The notes: generated by a model from the letters alone, not told the origin. Shown: positions 13,431-21,146, numbered from the stretch's first letter. The stretch is DNA of 32,000 nt from Escherichia coli (GCF_045278745.1 NZ_CP133811.1), one strand, 5' to 3'. Made by a program: numbers and translations.

Positions 13431-13639
13431 TCCATATGGACAGGCAATCTTCGCTATCTGCGTCAAATAAAGTGCCAAGAAAAACAAAGAATTGCGAAGG
13501 TTTTTGTTTTGAAAGGCGGACAATTTACGGACACTAATACGTTGATTTTATTGAGAAAAAGTTCTCTATACTGCTGGAAGTCACCGGCATTGTGGGGCAA
13601 TAATTAAACCTCGGGCGATGACAAAACGAGGTATTCGGT

Positions 13640-13870
13640 GTGGAAAGAGAATTAAGGAGAGTGAGTAAAGTTCTCATTAGCAAAAAGCAGCTGCTGGAGA
13701 TGATTCCACTGTGCGAGCGCACGATCTACAACTTTGAAAAGCAGGGAAAATTCCCTAAGCGCATCGCACTTAGTAGTCGCAAGGTCGTGTGGGATTTAGC
13801 CGAGGTCGAGGCATGGATTGATGCGTGCAAACATTCCGGCTCGGTCCCTCGTCCCGGAATGGGGGCCTGA
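13640..13870 (+). CDS. AlpA-family DNA-binding transcriptional regulator (possible excisionase)
   Basis: 76 aa MERELRRVSKVLISKKQLLEMIPLCERTIYNFEKQGKFPKRIALSSRKVVWDLAEVEAWI, typical AlpA/MerR-like winged HTH. Confidence 0.88.
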   Translation: MERELRRVSKVLISKKQLLEMIPLCERTIYNFEKQGKFPKRIALSSRKVVWDLAEVEAWIDACKHSGSVPRPGMGA

Positions 13871-13950
13871 ATTGTGGCGGCCAACTTGCAGGCGACATTT
13901 ACGAGTAGACCGCTTGTACTGGGCTTAATACAGCTCCGGTTGGGCCGTGC

Positions 13951-15009
13951 ATGAGTAGCCGAAACAGCGGTCTTAAGCCCATAGGCGCGGTAATAGGCGA
14001 CTCTGGCGGGCTACTGGAACGCCTTGAAAATATCAGGAAGCGGAACAGTGACCGAACTCCGGCTGCTGAACGCGGTAGACCGTCTAACGTCTCGACCGTG
14101 CATGAACAGATGGAAAGGGCAAAAGAGCGGGACAAAGCGTTGTCACTTGTCCGCAAGCCTCCACAAGGCGACGCTCAGCCAGATTTTTTTGCGCCCAGCC
14201 TTTATGACGTGGGCGGCCGCGACAATCGCAGCGTCATGGATGTGGCCGTGTTCCGTTTATCCAAGAAGGACAAGCGAGCCGGAGAGCTGATCCGCTACGA
14301 CCTGCCGGATGGATACGTGGAAGTGTCCGCAGGAGCGCACGGAATGGCCTCCGTTTGGGACTACGACATTGTGCTGATGATGGTGTCTCACTTGACCGAA
14401 GCTATGAACCGCTATCGAGAAGGAAAGGGTGGCAAGCCGGGGAGAGTGTTTCGGCTGCATGTTAGCGACATCCTCAGATTTGCCCGACGTGGTAACGGTA
14501 GTAGTCAGGTTAAGGGAGTGGAAGCCGCGCTAGATCGGTTGCGGGGTACTACCATCAAGACAGTGCGCGAAAGCGGCAAGTTCCGGACAACCGAAGCCGA
14601 GGGGCTGATCGCGCGCTATCGTGTTCTGTCACGCACGGACACCAAGAAGATAAGTTCTGTCGAGATTGAAGCCCCGGAGTGGATTTATCGAGAAGTCACC
14701 GAGGGCAAGCGGCCGGAGGTACTTACAGTACACCGGGACTACTTTCTGATCGAGCCGGGCATAGGACGCTTTATCTACCGACTGGCTCGCCGTGCCGCAG
14801 GCAGGGATAGCGCTAAATGGGCTTTCAAGACCCTTTACGAACGCAGTGGAAGCGGTGGCTCGTTCAAAAAATTCTGTTTCTTCCTTCGCGGGATCATCAA
14901 AGCCGATGACCTGCCTGAATATGCCTTGTGCGAAGAAGCGGGGAAGGATGGCCCTCTACTGGTCATGAGGCACCGCAATTCCTCGTCGGAACCGCTGGGC
15001 GGTTCCTAA
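13951..15009 (+). CDS. Plasmid-type replication initiator protein (RepA/RPA family)
   Basis: 352 aa; central DYDIVLMMVSHLTEAMNRYREGK...RVFRLHVSDILRF and C-terminal PEWIYREV...FLIEPGIGRFIYRLARRAAG typical of replication initiator protein A; iterons immediately downstream. Confidence 0.85.
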   Translation: MSSRNSGLKPIGAVIGDSGGLLERLENIRKRNSDRTPAAERGRPSNVSTVHEQMERAKERDKALSLVRKPPQGDAQPDFFAPSLYDVGGRDNRSVMDVAVFRLSKKDKRAGELIRYDLPDGYVEVSAGAHGMASVWDYDIVLMMVSHLTEAMNRYREGKGGKPGRVFRLHVSDILRFARRGNGSSQVKGVEAALDRLRGTTIKTVRESGKFRTTEAEGLIARYRVLSRTDTKKISSVEIEAPEWIYREVTEGKRPEVLTVHRDYFLIEPGIGRFIYRLARRAAGRDSAKWAFKTLYERSGSGGSFKKFCFFLRGIIKADDLPEYALCEEAGKDGPLLVMRHRNSSSEPLGGS

Positions 15010-15196
15010 TAGACGGTGAGTGAGATCGCAAAAGAGCCCCGTTGCGGGCTTTTTTCATTTTGATTGACGGACAGTTTACGGACAAAGTGGGAACAACCCG
15101 CCACGCTGTGGATAGAGTGTCTATTAGGAACCTGAAACCGTCTATTAGGAACCGTTTCGCCGTCTATTAGGAACCGGTATCCGTCTATTAGGAACC
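15001..15196. repeat. Iteron array GTCTATTAGGAACC (4 direct + 1 inverted copy), candidate oriV
   Basis: Exact copies at 15119-15132, 15140-15153, 15162-15175, 15183-15196 (spacing 21/22/21 bp); inverted copy GGTTCCTAATAGAC at 15001-15014 overlapping the rep stop codon; AT-rich tract 15215-15290 follows. Confidence 0.85.
15034..15056 (+). terminator. Terminator downstream of rep
   Basis: AGCCCcgttgcGGGCT followed by TTTTT. Confidence 0.7.
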
Positions 15197-15541
15197 GGCA
15201 TTGCGCGTAATTCATTGAATTAAAAGAGTAAATTTCCTTCTTTTTACGCTAAATCTTTTAAAACTATATATAAAACTGTTTAAAACCCTTTTGCCTGTGC
15301 ATAAGTCGATGGCCCCCATCCGTTAGTTCGGAACTCCTATTGGTGCGAAATCGCGCCACGATCCAAAAGCGTGGCCCCTGCGGGGTTCCCACCGCTTCGC
15401 GGCAGCTCCCCTCCCTCATGAAAGGCGTTCGCTCCGCCCCAACGCGCTGGCCGAGCTTGCTGCCGTGGGTTGGAGGCTGGACGAGTACGCTAAGGGCAAA
15501 TGGGAAACGGGCGACCCAAGGCATCCGACCGTAACGTTGCT

Positions 15542-15607
15542 CCCCCTGTTTAATGGCACCTCACCCCCTGTTTAACAGTACCCAACCCCCTGCTTAACGG
15601 CACCCGG
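15542..15607. repeat. Second 22-bp-period repeat set
   Basis: CCCCCTGTTTAATGGCACC / CCCCCTGTTTAACAGTACC / CCCCCTGCTTAACGGCACC starting at 15542, 15564, 15586. Confidence 0.8.
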
Positions 15608-16282
15608 CCAGTTTCTGAAAACCCAGCAACGGCGGGCCTTTGCGGGCCGTTCGCAAATTCCATCCAAGATTCTCTAAGAATCTCCAGCATGCGCGCTAAG
15701 CGCCGCGCCTTGATGGCGCAGCTCATCGCTTGCTGCTCTTGGTCGGCCTACGGCCGTTGGGCACCAAAAAAAGGTAGGGCGGGCCTGCCGTCGTCGACGC
15801 GGTTAGTTCCGTGGATTACCCACCGGTCGCAGCACCTGGTCGAGCCGTTGAAACCGGCAAAAAGACATCAGGCACCAAAAAGGGAAGGGCAGGGCCAAAA
15901 CCCACATAAGGCCTCTAACGGCCTGCGAAAGCGTTCCAGAATCCCTCCCGTATGGGTCGTGGCGGCGTTTTTTCAGTGTCGGAATGGGGTTATTGCTATC
16001 ATGTGTGAAAACTTCTCACAGCGCGATACACGCCGTTTTTGCGGTGTGTAATAGACGGCTGCCCCCACTGACCCTGTGCCCCGTGTATCGGGGTTATCTT
16101 CACAGGGGCGGCTGCCCCTACTTTGAAACGAGTGTCAGGCTTCGCAGGCGGCCCGGAGAGCCGTTTTCAGAGGGGGCTAGAGTTGTGGTGGCGGGGAGGA
16201 CCATAAAAGCGCTTACGCTGTCATTACAGCCGATTTGCGAGACGTAGGGCCGGATCGGCCGGAGCCTTTCTTTTGGTGCCCA

Positions 16283-16308
16283 TAAAAAAGCCCTGCACTT
16301 GGCAGGGC
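16283..16308 (-). terminator. Terminator of minus-strand trb operon
   Basis: GCCCTGC-acttg-GCAGGGC with A6 on the plus strand (U-tract on minus-strand transcript), immediately downstream of the 16317 stop. Confidence 0.8.
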
Positions 16309-16316
16309 GGGCGAGA

Positions 16317-16625
16317 TCATTTGCGGCGCTGCTGGCGCTCCCTTAGTGCTTGTTCGGACATGATGGCCATGCGCAGTTGCTCTATCATCACCACCTGATG
16401 TTTGCTTCCGAACAGGGGCAGGCGGTTGATGGACTGCGCCGCCCCAAACAGGCCATTAGCAGCCTTAAAGCGATAACGGTTCATGCGTTGCTCTCGTGGT
16501 TCCAGCCACCGCGCAAACGCATCGAGTTGCGGCCCATAGCCCCGCGAGCGCAGGTATTCGCGCAGCAAGTACATGCCGAAGGCGGCAGCGAAGGCCACCA
16601 CGCAAAAAATCAGATATTCAATCAT
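16317..16625 (-). CDS. Small membrane protein of trb operon, unknown function
   Basis: 102 aa MIEYLIFCVVAFAAAFGMYLLREYLRSRGYG...; one N-terminal TM; start overlaps upstream ORF stop (ATGA). Confidence 0.65.
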   Translation of the reverse strand: MIEYLIFCVVAFAAAFGMYLLREYLRSRGYGPQLDAFARWLEPREQRMNRYRFKAANGLFGAAQSINRLPLFGSKHQVVMIEQLRMAIMSEQALRERQQRRK

Positions 16626-16795
16626 TGGTCAGTCTCCGGTGCATTGGCCGCCTTGGCAGCAGTTGATTGGGTTTCATCGCTCTGGCGGTTCCCAACCGCT
16701 ATTGGCGCGTCAGCCTTAGCCACCGCTTCCGCTGACATGCCGGGCACCTTCATGCGAGCAAGGGTGCCGGGGATTGGTTTGCTATACGGGTTCAT
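16622..16795 (-). CDS. 57-aa hypothetical protein between trbL and the 102-aa ORF
   Basis: Not in the supplied track; manual translation MNPYSKPIPGTLARMKVPGMSAEAVAKADAPIAVGNRQSDETQSTAAKAANAPETDQ*; ATGA overlaps with both neighbours. Confidence 0.55.
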   Translation of the reverse strand: MNPYSKPIPGTLARMKVPGMSAEAVAKADAPIAVGNRQSDETQSTAAKAANAPETDQ

Positions 16796-18330
16796 GCCTC
16801 ACCTTCCTGTTTCGGGTTGTTGGATTTCTCCACGCCGTTCGGCTGAGCCGGGGCGGCGGACGGTTCTTGTGCGGGACGAATAACGTTTGTTTCTTCGGCA
16901 ACATCCGCGGATACACCGCTGTTAGCTGGACGTTTTTCGTCACCCTCATCGCTGTCAGGCATTTGCGGTGGGGGGCCGCCGCCCATGCTCGCCGCGCCTT
17001 CCATACCCGGCACAGAGATAGCGGCGAGCGTCCCGAGGCCGCGGGCGGCCACACTAGCCAAGTTGTTCGCGCCGGAGGCCGCTTTTTTCAGTGTTTGCGC
17101 CGCCTGCTGCGGCCCACTCAGACCACTGCTGCGCGGAGTGTCGCTCTGGCTGTTGATGCCGCTACCTGACGGCGATTTGCCCGCCTGCGAGCCACCGACG
17201 CGAGAACCGGCTGACTGAGCTGCTGCGCTACCGCCCGTTGCCGTCCCTGTGGTCGCCGCACTGTTCATGGACGGCATGGCGGACGCTGCGGGGTTCTGCT
17301 GGCCACCGGCCATGCTGGCATTGATGCTGTCGGCCAGTCCACTGCCAGCGCCACCACCAGAACCGCCGCCCAAAGCACCCGCAGCACCACCGGCCGCGTT
17401 TGCGCCGCCCGCCATCATGGTGCCTGCCGCCAAGCCAGTAGCCGCCGCAGCGGCCGCCATTGCCATGCCGCCGATCGCACTGCCTCCCCCAAATGATGAG
17501 CCGGTGATCATGCCCGCAATCAGCTCCGGGATAGACCGAGACAGATAGGCGCACACCAAGGACAGGCCCAATAGTGTCAATGTTGGCCCAATAGTGCCGT
17601 CGTAGTTGGCGAACCACCTGTCCGATACGGACATAATCAGGCCGACAATCAAGGTCAGGACGAACAGCTTAGCGCCTACCGCAACGGCATAGCGAAGCGG
17701 GGCTATTGCAAATTCCCGTGTCCATTGTGAGCCGCCGAAACCGATGAACAGCACGGCCGCATTGATAATCACATACGACTCGACAAGCGTAACGAACATA
17801 AACGCGGCGATGAACGCGAAGCACAGCAAAATGATGACGCCGGATAGCGCAATCACAACCGCAGTTTCGAGGTCAAACAACGAAATGTTCGACAGGACTT
17901 TTTGTGCCAATTTGATAGCTAAGGTGAACACGTCACCGGGCATCAACTCCTGCGCAAACCCGGAGGCTTGCGATCCCGCTTCGCGGAAGCTGTTCACGAT
18001 AGCCGTGCTCCACTCTGTGGAGTACGTCAGCAAGGCAAGGAAAAAGCCTATCGTCATGACGAACTTGATCAGCTCGCGGAACATTTCGCCAACATCGGCG
18101 CTTTGCCAAATCAGGTTGCCGAACGTCCAAACAAACTGAATCCCAGCGAGCAGGAACAGCAAGTTTCTGGCATAGCCCTGCAACTTTGGCCCCCACTGAG
18201 CAGACGCATTATGAATGTCTGTTAGCAGCCCGTTCATCTCCACATTACTTTGTAAACCGGCGGCCATTGCACTCCCGGTCATCAACAGCATGGCTATCCC
18301 GACGCAACTTAGAAAGAGTGGTCTACTCAT
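16792..18330 (-). CDS. trbL: P-type conjugative transfer protein TrbL
   Basis: From ATG 18330: signal-like N-terminus MSRPLFLSCVGIAMLLMTGSAMA, multiple TM helices and Gly/Ala-rich C-terminus; directly downstream of trbJ. Confidence 0.88.
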   Translation of the reverse strand: MSRPLFLSCVGIAMLLMTGSAMAAGLQSNVEMNGLLTDIHNASAQWGPKLQGYARNLLFLLAGIQFVWTFGNLIWQSADVGEMFRELIKFVMTIGFFLALLTYSTEWSTAIVNSFREAGSQASGFAQELMPGDVFTLAIKLAQKVLSNISLFDLETAVVIALSGVIILLCFAFIAAFMFVTLVESYVIINAAVLFIGFGGSQWTREFAIAPLRYAVAVGAKLFVLTLIVGLIMSVSDRWFANYDGTIGPTLTLLGLSLVCAYLSRSIPELIAGMITGSSFGGGSAIGGMAMAAAAAATGLAAGTMMAGGANAAGGAAGALGGGSGGGAGSGLADSINASMAGGQQNPAASAMPSMNSAATTGTATGGSAAAQSAGSRVGGSQAGKSPSGSGINSQSDTPRSSGLSGPQQAAQTLKKAASGANNLASVAARGLGTLAAISVPGMEGAASMGGGPPPQMPDSDEGDEKRPANSGVSADVAEETNVIRPAQEPSAAPAQPNGVEKSNNPKQEGEA

Positions 18331-18332
18331 AA

Positions 18333-18515
18333 TCAAAACCCCTTCGACGGGCCGGGTTCGTCTTTCCCTTCCCAGAACTTTTTGGTAGCCGCCGCTTTTT
18401 GCTTCTGTGAAGCCGAACATTCTTCGCCCGAAGAAATGACGACGCTAGTCATTACGGCCCCACCCACAGCAGAACCGAGACACAACACCAAAAGAAGAAT
18501 CTTAGAAATCGTCAT
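18333..18515 (-). CDS. Small TrbK-position (possible entry-exclusion) protein
   Basis: 60 aa MTISKILLLVLCLGSAVGGAVMTSVVISSGEECSASQKQ...KFWEGKDEPGPSKGF between trbJ and trbL, the position of trbK in IncP clusters; family assignment is by position only. Confidence 0.5.
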   Translation of the reverse strand: MTISKILLLVLCLGSAVGGAVMTSVVISSGEECSASQKQKAAATKKFWEGKDEPGPSKGF

Positions 18516-18517
18516 AA

Positions 18518-19309
18518 TCAAAACCCCTTGGATGGGCCGGGAGTGTCTGTACCTCCCCAGAACCTTTCACTGGCCGCGTCCTTCACGGCTTCCTGTTCGG
18601 TTTGTTTGGCCATGTAGTTGCCTTGCAGGGTGATTTGCGTGGCCACCAGATCGCGCAGTTTCTGGAGCTGCTGCACGTTCTGCGCCGCAATCTCGTTCCC
18701 GGCTTGAATGGCCTGCTGACGGCCAACGGCCGACTGCGAACGGCTCACCAACTGATCCAGCATCGCGTTCTCATCCTCGAATGTGCTCGTATTTACGCCA
18801 GCGGCCTGCATGGCCGTGCGGGCGTTATCGAAGCCGGATTGTGCCCAGTCCCGATAGCGCTGCGGCATGTTGTTTTGCCCTTGGCCAATCGAGTTCAGAT
18901 AGCTGTCATAGCCTTTGAACTGCTGGCGAAACTGTTCGTCCAGATTGCTGATGTTGCGGCCGAGCGACTGCGCCGAGTTGTAGACGCTGGCCACGCGCTG
19001 AAGGTCGCCAGTGATGGTGTTGAACATGCGGCTGGGCAGTGACATGCCCTGCTTAATCATGTTGTCGTACTGCTGGATCTGCGTCTGCAACTGCTGGGCC
19101 GTGTTCAGTTGCGTGTTGACCGCTTCGGCGTACTCGTACATCTGCTGATAGAACGTCGAGCAGTTCGAGCAGTAGATGGCATAGGCCGGAGCCGGTGCCA
19201 TGTAGAGACTTACACCAAGGCCTGCGCTTGCCATTGCAAGAGCGAGCGCCGCGCCTCGACCGAATTTTCGGGCGGCATAAGCCGACATTTTTTGCGATTC
19301 TAGTTCCAT
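18518..19309 (-). CDS. trbJ: P-type conjugative transfer protein TrbJ
   Basis: 263 aa, signal peptide, IYCSNCSTFYQQMYEYAEAVNTQLNTAQQLQTQIQQYDNMIKQ; VirB5/TrbJ-like coiled coil. Confidence 0.88.
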   Translation of the reverse strand: MELESQKMSAYAARKFGRGAALALAMASAGLGVSLYMAPAPAYAIYCSNCSTFYQQMYEYAEAVNTQLNTAQQLQTQIQQYDNMIKQGMSLPSRMFNTITGDLQRVASVYNSAQSLGRNISNLDEQFRQQFKGYDSYLNSIGQGQNNMPQRYRDWAQSGFDNARTAMQAAGVNTSTFEDENAMLDQLVSRSQSAVGRQQAIQAGNEIAAQNVQQLQKLRDLVATQITLQGNYMAKQTEQEAVKDAASERFWGGTDTPGPSKGF

Positions 19310-19515
19310 ACCGAATACCTCGTTTTGTCATCGTCCGAGATTTGATTATTGACCGATATGGAGCAGTTTTAAATATGCGGATAATCTCGTATCCGCATAG
19401 AATTCAATGGTTTATGTCCGTAACTGTCCGTCAAGCTTCCCGCGATTGGTGTTCAACACTATGATTTTGGACGCGTTTTTCATGACGAGCGGAACGAGCT
19501 TGGTTGTCCGTTTTG

Positions 19516-19554
19516 ATACGTTTTGCGGACAAAAAAAAGCCCACCGAAGTGAGC
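19516..19554 (-). repeat. 39-bp inverted repeat, right copy
   Basis: Reverse complement GCTCACTTCGGTGGGCTTTTTTTTGTCCGCAAAACGTAT matches 13392-13430 with 2 mismatches; also a terminator for the minus-strand 19578-19808 ORF. Confidence 0.85.
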
Positions 19555-19577
19555 TTTTGATAGGGCAGTGCGCGGCG

Positions 19578-19808
19578 TCAGTGGGCAGCGTAATAGGGAT
19601 TCTGTGCGCGATAGAGGTCACGCTCCGGTTCAGGAATGTGTAGCGTTTCAAGGTGCCAATCTTCGAGTGAAGAAGCCAGCTCGGCCGCTATGCGCTGGGC
19701 TTCCATAACGCTGTTGCTAGGCCGCCCACTGGCTCGACCGAGGCAGGCTTGCAGTTCGTTGAGTTGATTGGCCAATGCGCTGATGCGGTGAGCTGTCTTC
19801 ATGATCAA
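19578..19808 (-). CDS. Hypothetical protein, possible relaxosome/mobilization accessory
   Basis: 76 aa ORF whose start overlaps the upstream ORF stop by 4 bp (19805-19808). Confidence 0.5.
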   Translation of the reverse strand: MIMKTAHRISALANQLNELQACLGRASGRPSNSVMEAQRIAAELASSLEDWHLETLHIPEPERDLYRAQNPYYAAH

Positions 19809-20014
19809 TTCCCCTTGCTGATCCTTTCCACGATTCTGTCGAATTCTTCCCGGACCTGATCGTCCGTAAGCTCAAGATTAACCAATCCTGACTTTATTGC
19901 AATTCTTCCGATTCTTTCTGCTGCCTCATTGTCGAGTTTTGCCAATCTGGCTTTCGCCATTTCAAGCTCTGAAAGGGCATCAGAACGGCGCTCTGCGAGG
20001 GTTTTTCGTGCCAT
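19805..20014 (-). CDS. TraD/MobC-like conjugal transfer accessory protein
   Basis: From ATG 20014: MARKTLAERRSDALSELEMAKARLAKLDNEAAERIGRIAIKSGLVNLELTDDQVREEFDRIVERISKGN, resembling small TraD-like accessory proteins. Confidence 0.55.
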   Translation of the reverse strand: MARKTLAERRSDALSELEMAKARLAKLDNEAAERIGRIAIKSGLVNLELTDDQVREEFDRIVERISKGN

Positions 20015-20202
20015 GATAACTCCGTTGTTTCTTGATGATCGAGTTTCGAAAAAAAGCGCGTAAACGGAGGCTATGTTCTCACCCGAGTCGAGCAATTTAC
20101 AAGACTTAGATTTGGCTGGCCTAGCTGATGGCCTCTCAAAGCCCCCTCCTTTTGGTGTCAGTCCGTCCCTGATGCTCATGAACTCAGTCGGAAACGCGTT
20201 TT

Positions 20203-20340
20203 TATGCGAATCTATGCGATTCTATGCGATTAGAAGAATTGATTAATGCGATGCTATGCGAATGTATGCGAATTAGCGCGAATGTACGCGATTACGCCAT
20301 ATTTTACTGGCCATTCTGCTCCAGTCGCATAGAATCGCAT
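20203..20340. repeat. 10-bp phased (T)ATGCGA repeat array
   Basis: Copies at 20203, 20213, 20223, then 20245, 20255, 20265, 20275 (degenerate), 20285 (degenerate); inverted TCGCAT at 20325 and 20335. Confidence 0.85.
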
Positions 20341-20504
20341 GAAGCAGTACGGCAAGATGTGTGTTGTAGGCCTACGCTGCTACGCAGCTAGGGCCTCCAC
20401 CACCGCCCCTTACTCGCCTACGGCTCGACGGCATCTTGCTCTGCGAGGCGCACAGACGCTGCCGCGTTTAAGTGCGTAATTGTTCACAATAGGAGTTGAT
20501 CATC

Positions 20505-20730
20505 ATGAGCGAAGTGATGGCACCAAAAGATACGGCGGCGCGGTAAGCCCATAGAGGTCTGGGTAGCAGATGAGGAAAAAGCTGCCATTACAGAGCTAGC
20601 TGACCAAACTGGCTTGTCTCGTTCCGCTTATCTGCGCGCCGTTGGTCTGAACAGACCGATCGGAGCACGGGCCGATCTTGAAGCAGTGCGCGAGTTGGTG
20701 CTGCTTTGTGGAGGCGATAAAAGCAACTAG
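20505..20730 (+). pseudogene. TraJ/MobC-like ribbon-helix-helix oriT-binding protein, frameshifted and truncated
   Basis: The frame from ATG 20505 stops at 20544 (MSEVMAPKDTAAR*). The +1 frame encodes RRRGKPIEVWVADEEKAAITELADQTGLSRSAYLRAVGLNRPIGARADLEAVRELVLLCGGDKSN*, similar in form to RP4 TraJ. Confidence 0.7.
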
Positions 20731-20785
20731 GAACGGGGCATTGCATTTGCCAAGACCATTGCAGCGCAGTAGAAGGAGTGGCACG

Positions 20786-21146
20786 ATGGAAGTCAAATTC
20801 AGCCGCTACGACACGGCGGACTATCTCAAGACTGAGGACGACATTGCCGCCTATCTCGATGCTGTGACGGAGGACGGCGACCCCCTCACTGATCGCGGCG
20901 GCGTTTGGAGACTTGGTCCGCCCCCGCAACCTTAGCCAGCTTGCCCGCGACGTGGGAATGGGCCGCCAATGACTGGACAAGGCCCTTTCAGGCGATGGCG
21001 AACTGAGCTTCGCAACCGTGGTTAAAGTCATCCAAGCGCTTGGTCTGCGGCTCACGTTCAAGCCGACTCACGCCGGCCCGCACCGGCCGGGCACTGATTG
21101 TCTGCGGGCTGCGTTTTGGATTGTGCAATCCAAAACGAGGCTCTGA
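20786..21146 (+). pseudogene. Addiction-module antidote (HigA-like) protein, frameshift plus nonsense
   Basis: MEVKFSRYDTADYLKTEDDIAAYLDAVTEDGDP, then continuing in another frame after C5 at 20881-20885: SLIAAAFGDLVRPRNLSQLARDVGMGRQ*LDKALSGDGELSFATVVKVIQALGLRL, with TGA at 20970. Confidence 0.75.
21112..21137. repeat. 26-bp near-perfect palindrome
   Basis: CGTTTTGGATTG-TG-CAATCCAAAACG. Confidence 0.9.

Noticed and set aside
15264-16247. Small ORFs in the 15.3-16.2 kb region on both strands
   Set aside because: Low-complexity, mutually overlapping, lacking RBS or domains; the region is better explained as repeats and structured non-coding DNA.
16350-16883. Plus-strand 177-aa ORF opposite the trb operon end
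   Set aside because: Antisense to overlapping operon ORFs with coupled starts; contains no recognisable protein motif.
17249-19303. Plus-strand ORFs opposite trbL/trbJ
   Set aside because: Arise from the Gly/Ala-rich antisense of trbL and from antisense of trbJ.
20203-20340. CRISPR array interpretation of the ATGCGA repeats
   Set aside because: Units are ~7 bp with 10-bp periodicity, no unique 30-nt spacers and no cas genes.
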